A stretch of 10,806 bases of DNA, taken from NCBI GenBank assembly GCA_964426185.1, contig CAYRPF010000064.1, forward strand, positions 3,678 to 14,483, in the 5' to 3' direction. Positions within the stretch are counted from its first letter, which is position 1. Every line of letters begins with the position of its first letter. This document shows, in pieces, positions 8,085 to 10,806 of this stretch. Made by a program: the position numbers and the translations under genes. Source of the DNA: an uncultured archaeon. GTDB lineage: Archaea > Asgardarchaeota > Lokiarchaeia > Sigyniarchaeales > Promethearchaeaceae. The notes under the pieces are model-generated. The model saw only the letters and a list, made by a program, of their open reading frames with translations. It searched no databases and was not told the origin of the DNA.

Positions 8085-8120
8085 AAAATAAATCTTAAGC
8101 CGTTTTTTCTTAAGTATTGT

Positions 8121-9638
8121 ATGAAGGAAAAAATCGCTACCCGTATAATCATTCAAGGAATTATACAAGTTGTTTCTGCCCTCTCGTATTATTTCCTACT
8201 GAAAAATTTGGCGGTTGAATATATTGGAATTCAAGGAACGGTTGCAACAGCGATTAATCTATTTTCTGCAATCTACTTCATTGGAATTGATGTTGTTTAT
8301 TTACAATATAATAATGAAAATGATTTCAAAGATTATTTTTCAAATTATATGATAATTAAACTTTTTTTATTACTGTTGAATTTTGTGCCGTTAGTTTTCT
8401 ATGTTATATTCTTTGGATCTCCTGACAATGTATATTTTTTCATTATGATCATTGCTACAATATTTCTACGCATTGCAGATACTTTTTGTCTGAATCTACG
8501 AGCAAATTTAAAAATAATCAAGGGAGAAATTATTGAATTCATCTCCACTTTAATGTTATCTATTACCCGATTAATTATAGCGTTGTTTGCTTCTCGATTT
8601 ACAAATCCATTATTGATCTTGGGTTTAACCACACTTTTTTTTTATTTATTGAAATTAATAAGTTCCTTTCTTATTTCAAAACCAGATTTAAGTTTTACAA
8701 AACCCCAAAAGGAGAGAATATTCACTCTATTAAAAGCTACAGTCCCTTTAATTTTTTCAAATATGATTATCTTCCTAACAGATAATCTGGGTAATTTTAT
8801 AATCAGTCTGTCAAAATCAACAGTGGAATTTGGATATTTTTTTGCTATGAATTCTTATGTTATAGTCATCCTTACTTCAGTCACGCTTTCATTAGCAGTT
8901 ATCTTTCAAGCATATTATTCAAAATGGATAAATCAAGAAAAATTTGAGGAGATTAAGGATTTTTCTTTCATTATGGAAAAATATACTTCAATTTTTTATT
9001 TAGTCGTTATTATAGTTATAAATATTGGGGGAAGGTTGCTGATAAACTTATTTCTGCCTCAATATCTTCCAGGGTTAAAATATCTCTATATTTTAAGTTT
9101 TTTACCCTTGTTAAGTGGAATAAATCGCCCATACATAAAATTACTCTATGCTGGGCGACACCAAAAATTAATGGCCAAATATTATTCAGTAACCCGTGTT
9201 CTTTACCTAATATCGTTATTTGTTTTCATTCCTTTACAGATAGGAAATTTGAATCTTTTTGGATTTGGTGCCCTTGGGGTATGTTATCTCCAAATAGCAA
9301 TTAATCTGGTCGATTATATTGCTTATAGGTATTTTTGTTTCAAGAAATATCAAATTCCAGTTAATTATAACACTCTAATAATATTTATATTAGGGATTTC
9401 TGTCATTGGAGTCTACCGCCTTATTGTGGTTCAATTGCATTGGATAACTGTAGAAAATACCATTTCGATAATAATTTCGACATTTCTCATCCTTATATTC
9501 TTTGTATTATTTTTAGTTTTGTTTAAACAAATTACAATTCGAGATTACCGTATTTTTAAAGATTTGATCACCATCAAAAACTATAAAACAAGTATGATTT
9601 CTGAATTTCAAGATAACACACAACACTTGAATACCTAA
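8121..9638 (+). CDS. Oligosaccharide flippase (Wzx/PST, MOP superfamily)
   Basis: 505 aa with about 12-14 TM helices. It has the N-terminal 'L..EYIG...A...LFS....GI' pattern, central 'LLKATVPLIFSN.....D...I......GYF', 'L.ILSF..L.......LYAGR.K' and 'FGALG', and it is flanked by glycosyltransferases. Confidence 0.87.
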   Translation: MKEKIATRIIIQGIIQVVSALSYYFLLKNLAVEYIGIQGTVATAINLFSAIYFIGIDVVYLQYNNENDFKDYFSNYMIIKLFLLLLNFVPLVFYVIFFGSPDNVYFFIMIIATIFLRIADTFCLNLRANLKIIKGEIIEFISTLMLSITRLIIALFASRFTNPLLILGLTTLFFYLLKLISSFLISKPDLSFTKPQKERIFTLLKATVPLIFSNMIIFLTDNLGNFIISLSKSTVEFGYFFAMNSYVIVILTSVTLSLAVIFQAYYSKWINQEKFEEIKDFSFIMEKYTSIFYLVVIIVINIGGRLLINLFLPQYLPGLKYLYILSFLPLLSGINRPYIKLLYAGRHQKLMAKYYSVTRVLYLISLFVFIPLQIGNLNLFGFGALGVCYLQIAINLVDYIAYRYFCFKKYQIPVNYNTLIIFILGISVIGVYRLIVVQLHWITVENTISIIISTFLILIFFVLFLVLFKQITIRDYRIFKDLITIKNYKTSMISEFQDNTQHLNT

Positions 9639-10735
9639 TAGTCATTATATAGTACTTGTGATTCAAATAATTCTCCAATTTTTTTAGGAGTAAATGATGA
9701 TAAATAAGTAATATAAGCATTTTTTCCAATAATCGGCAGTTTTTCGCGATTTTGATATAAAAACACGATTTTTTTTGCTAAATCACCTGGATCTTGCTTC
9801 TTACAAAGAATTATATCGAACCCAGATTTGAAAAATTCAGTTGTTGCGTAATTTTTACTCGTAATCACTACTTTTGCCATTGCAAGAGCCGAATAGACTT
9901 TGTTGGGAATAACTATTTGTGCCTTTAAAGAATTTCCGAATATCCCCAATTGAATGGTTGAACGCTGAACATAATTTCGTAGTTCTTCTTCAGAAACTCT
10001 TGGTATAAGGTGGACATTCGTGAGCTTTTTTTCTTGGATGTATGATTTTATTGAAGCTAGAATTTTATTTCCTTGCAAACCTCCTATAATTTCAAATGAT
10101 ATATTTTTATAATCTCTTAATTTTTCGGCAGCTTGAACGATGGTTTCAATTCCTTGCAATGGAATGAATTTTCCATAAAAACCCACAACAAATTTACCTT
10201 CTTTTTTTGTATTTTTAGATGGATTAGGAAAATATATTTGATTATTTGACCCAACTGGAATTACCTTAAATTTATCAATTGGAATTCTAAAAAATTTAGA
10301 AAAAAACACTGCATGAGCTTTAGTATCTGTAAGGACGTATCTACATCGAGATAGTGCTTTTTTTTCATATATGTAAAGAAATTTGGCAATGAAAGATTGA
10401 GGTTCAAACAATTTATGATCAAAAATTATGGTATTATAATTAGAAATGAAAGGATCTAATATTATTTTCTTTTTATCTAAAAATCGAGTAAACAATACCG
10501 GTTTTAACATTGGATAGCCTACAATAAGATAATCGTATTTTATTTTTATTACCATACTTAACAAAAAGACATATTCTTTAATCGTCTCCTTTAAGAATTT
10601 GAATGGATTTGTGATTTGGCTTTGAAAATTATAACGGCAGATGATAATTTGATGACCTAAAATTCTTAATCCACGAATTAAATTGGCATATCTGGAATAT
10701 TGTGGGTTTAATTCACCAAAAAAGCATATTTTCAT
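9635..10735 (-). CDS. Glycosyltransferase family 4-like (GT-B), atypical subfamily with LGIFG..KA..VIPNK motif
   Basis: MKICFFG....YSR...L.RGL...G, VLTDT.AH, VGFYGKFIPLQGIETIVQAA, LGIFGNSLKAQIVIPNKVYSALAMAKVVITS and DPGDLAKKI. Confidence 0.9.
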   Translation of the reverse strand: MKICFFGELNPQYSRYANLIRGLRILGHQIIICRYNFQSQITNPFKFLKETIKEYVFLLSMVIKIKYDYLIVGYPMLKPVLFTRFLDKKKIILDPFISNYNTIIFDHKLFEPQSFIAKFLYIYEKKALSRCRYVLTDTKAHAVFFSKFFRIPIDKFKVIPVGSNNQIYFPNPSKNTKKEGKFVVGFYGKFIPLQGIETIVQAAEKLRDYKNISFEIIGGLQGNKILASIKSYIQEKKLTNVHLIPRVSEEELRNYVQRSTIQLGIFGNSLKAQIVIPNKVYSALAMAKVVITSKNYATTEFFKSGFDIILCKKQDPGDLAKKIVFLYQNREKLPIIGKNAYITYLSSFTPKKIGELFESQVLYNDY

Positions 10736-10776
10736 CGTTCACTCAAAAATATTAATTCAAAATACAGTAAAAATCA

Positions 10777-10804
10777 TTTCAATTTAGTAAAGAAAAAATT
10801 GAAA
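10777..10804. repeat. 9-bp perfect inverted repeat TTTCAATTT-N10-AAATTGAAA upstream of the last GT4
   Basis: tttcaattt at 10777-10785 and aaattgaaa at 10796-10804. The arms are very AT-rich and the function is unknown. Confidence 0.3.
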
Positions 10805-10806
10805 AT

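Noticed and set aside
8399-8632. 77-aa minus-strand ORF
   Set aside because: Antisense shadow of flippase TM segments.
1-10806. CRISPR array, tRNA/rRNA, transposase, or phase-variable homopolymer tracts
   Set aside because: No periodic repeats, GC-rich structured segments or transposase ORFs were seen. A/T runs are common at this composition and all six genes are intact.

Overview
An AT-rich window (by eye under 30% GC), densely coding, that holds a cell-surface glycosylation locus and is probably archaeal. The archaeal call is inference from a BRE/TATA-like element positioned for a leaderless transcript, a DUF1616-like 'LPGY..LE' motif and a sequon-rich ectodomain. There are six real genes. 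(1) A giant polytopic membrane protein of at least 1484 aa (+, possibly 5'-truncated). It looks like a non-canonical GT-C/STT3-like glycosyltransferase with about 17 TM helices, no WWDYG motif, a ~760-aa multi-domain ectodomain with ~27 N-glycosylation sequons, and a C-terminal anchor. (2-4) An overlapping minus-strand operon GT2 -> GT4 -> GT4. (5) A divergently transcribed Wzx/MOP-type oligosaccharide flippase. (6) A convergent atypical GT4 whose stop codon overlaps the flippase stop. The best candidate for an undescribed system is an assemble-flip-transfer lipid-linked glycan module whose terminal transferase is not AglB. No RNA genes, CRISPR arrays or mobile elements were seen.
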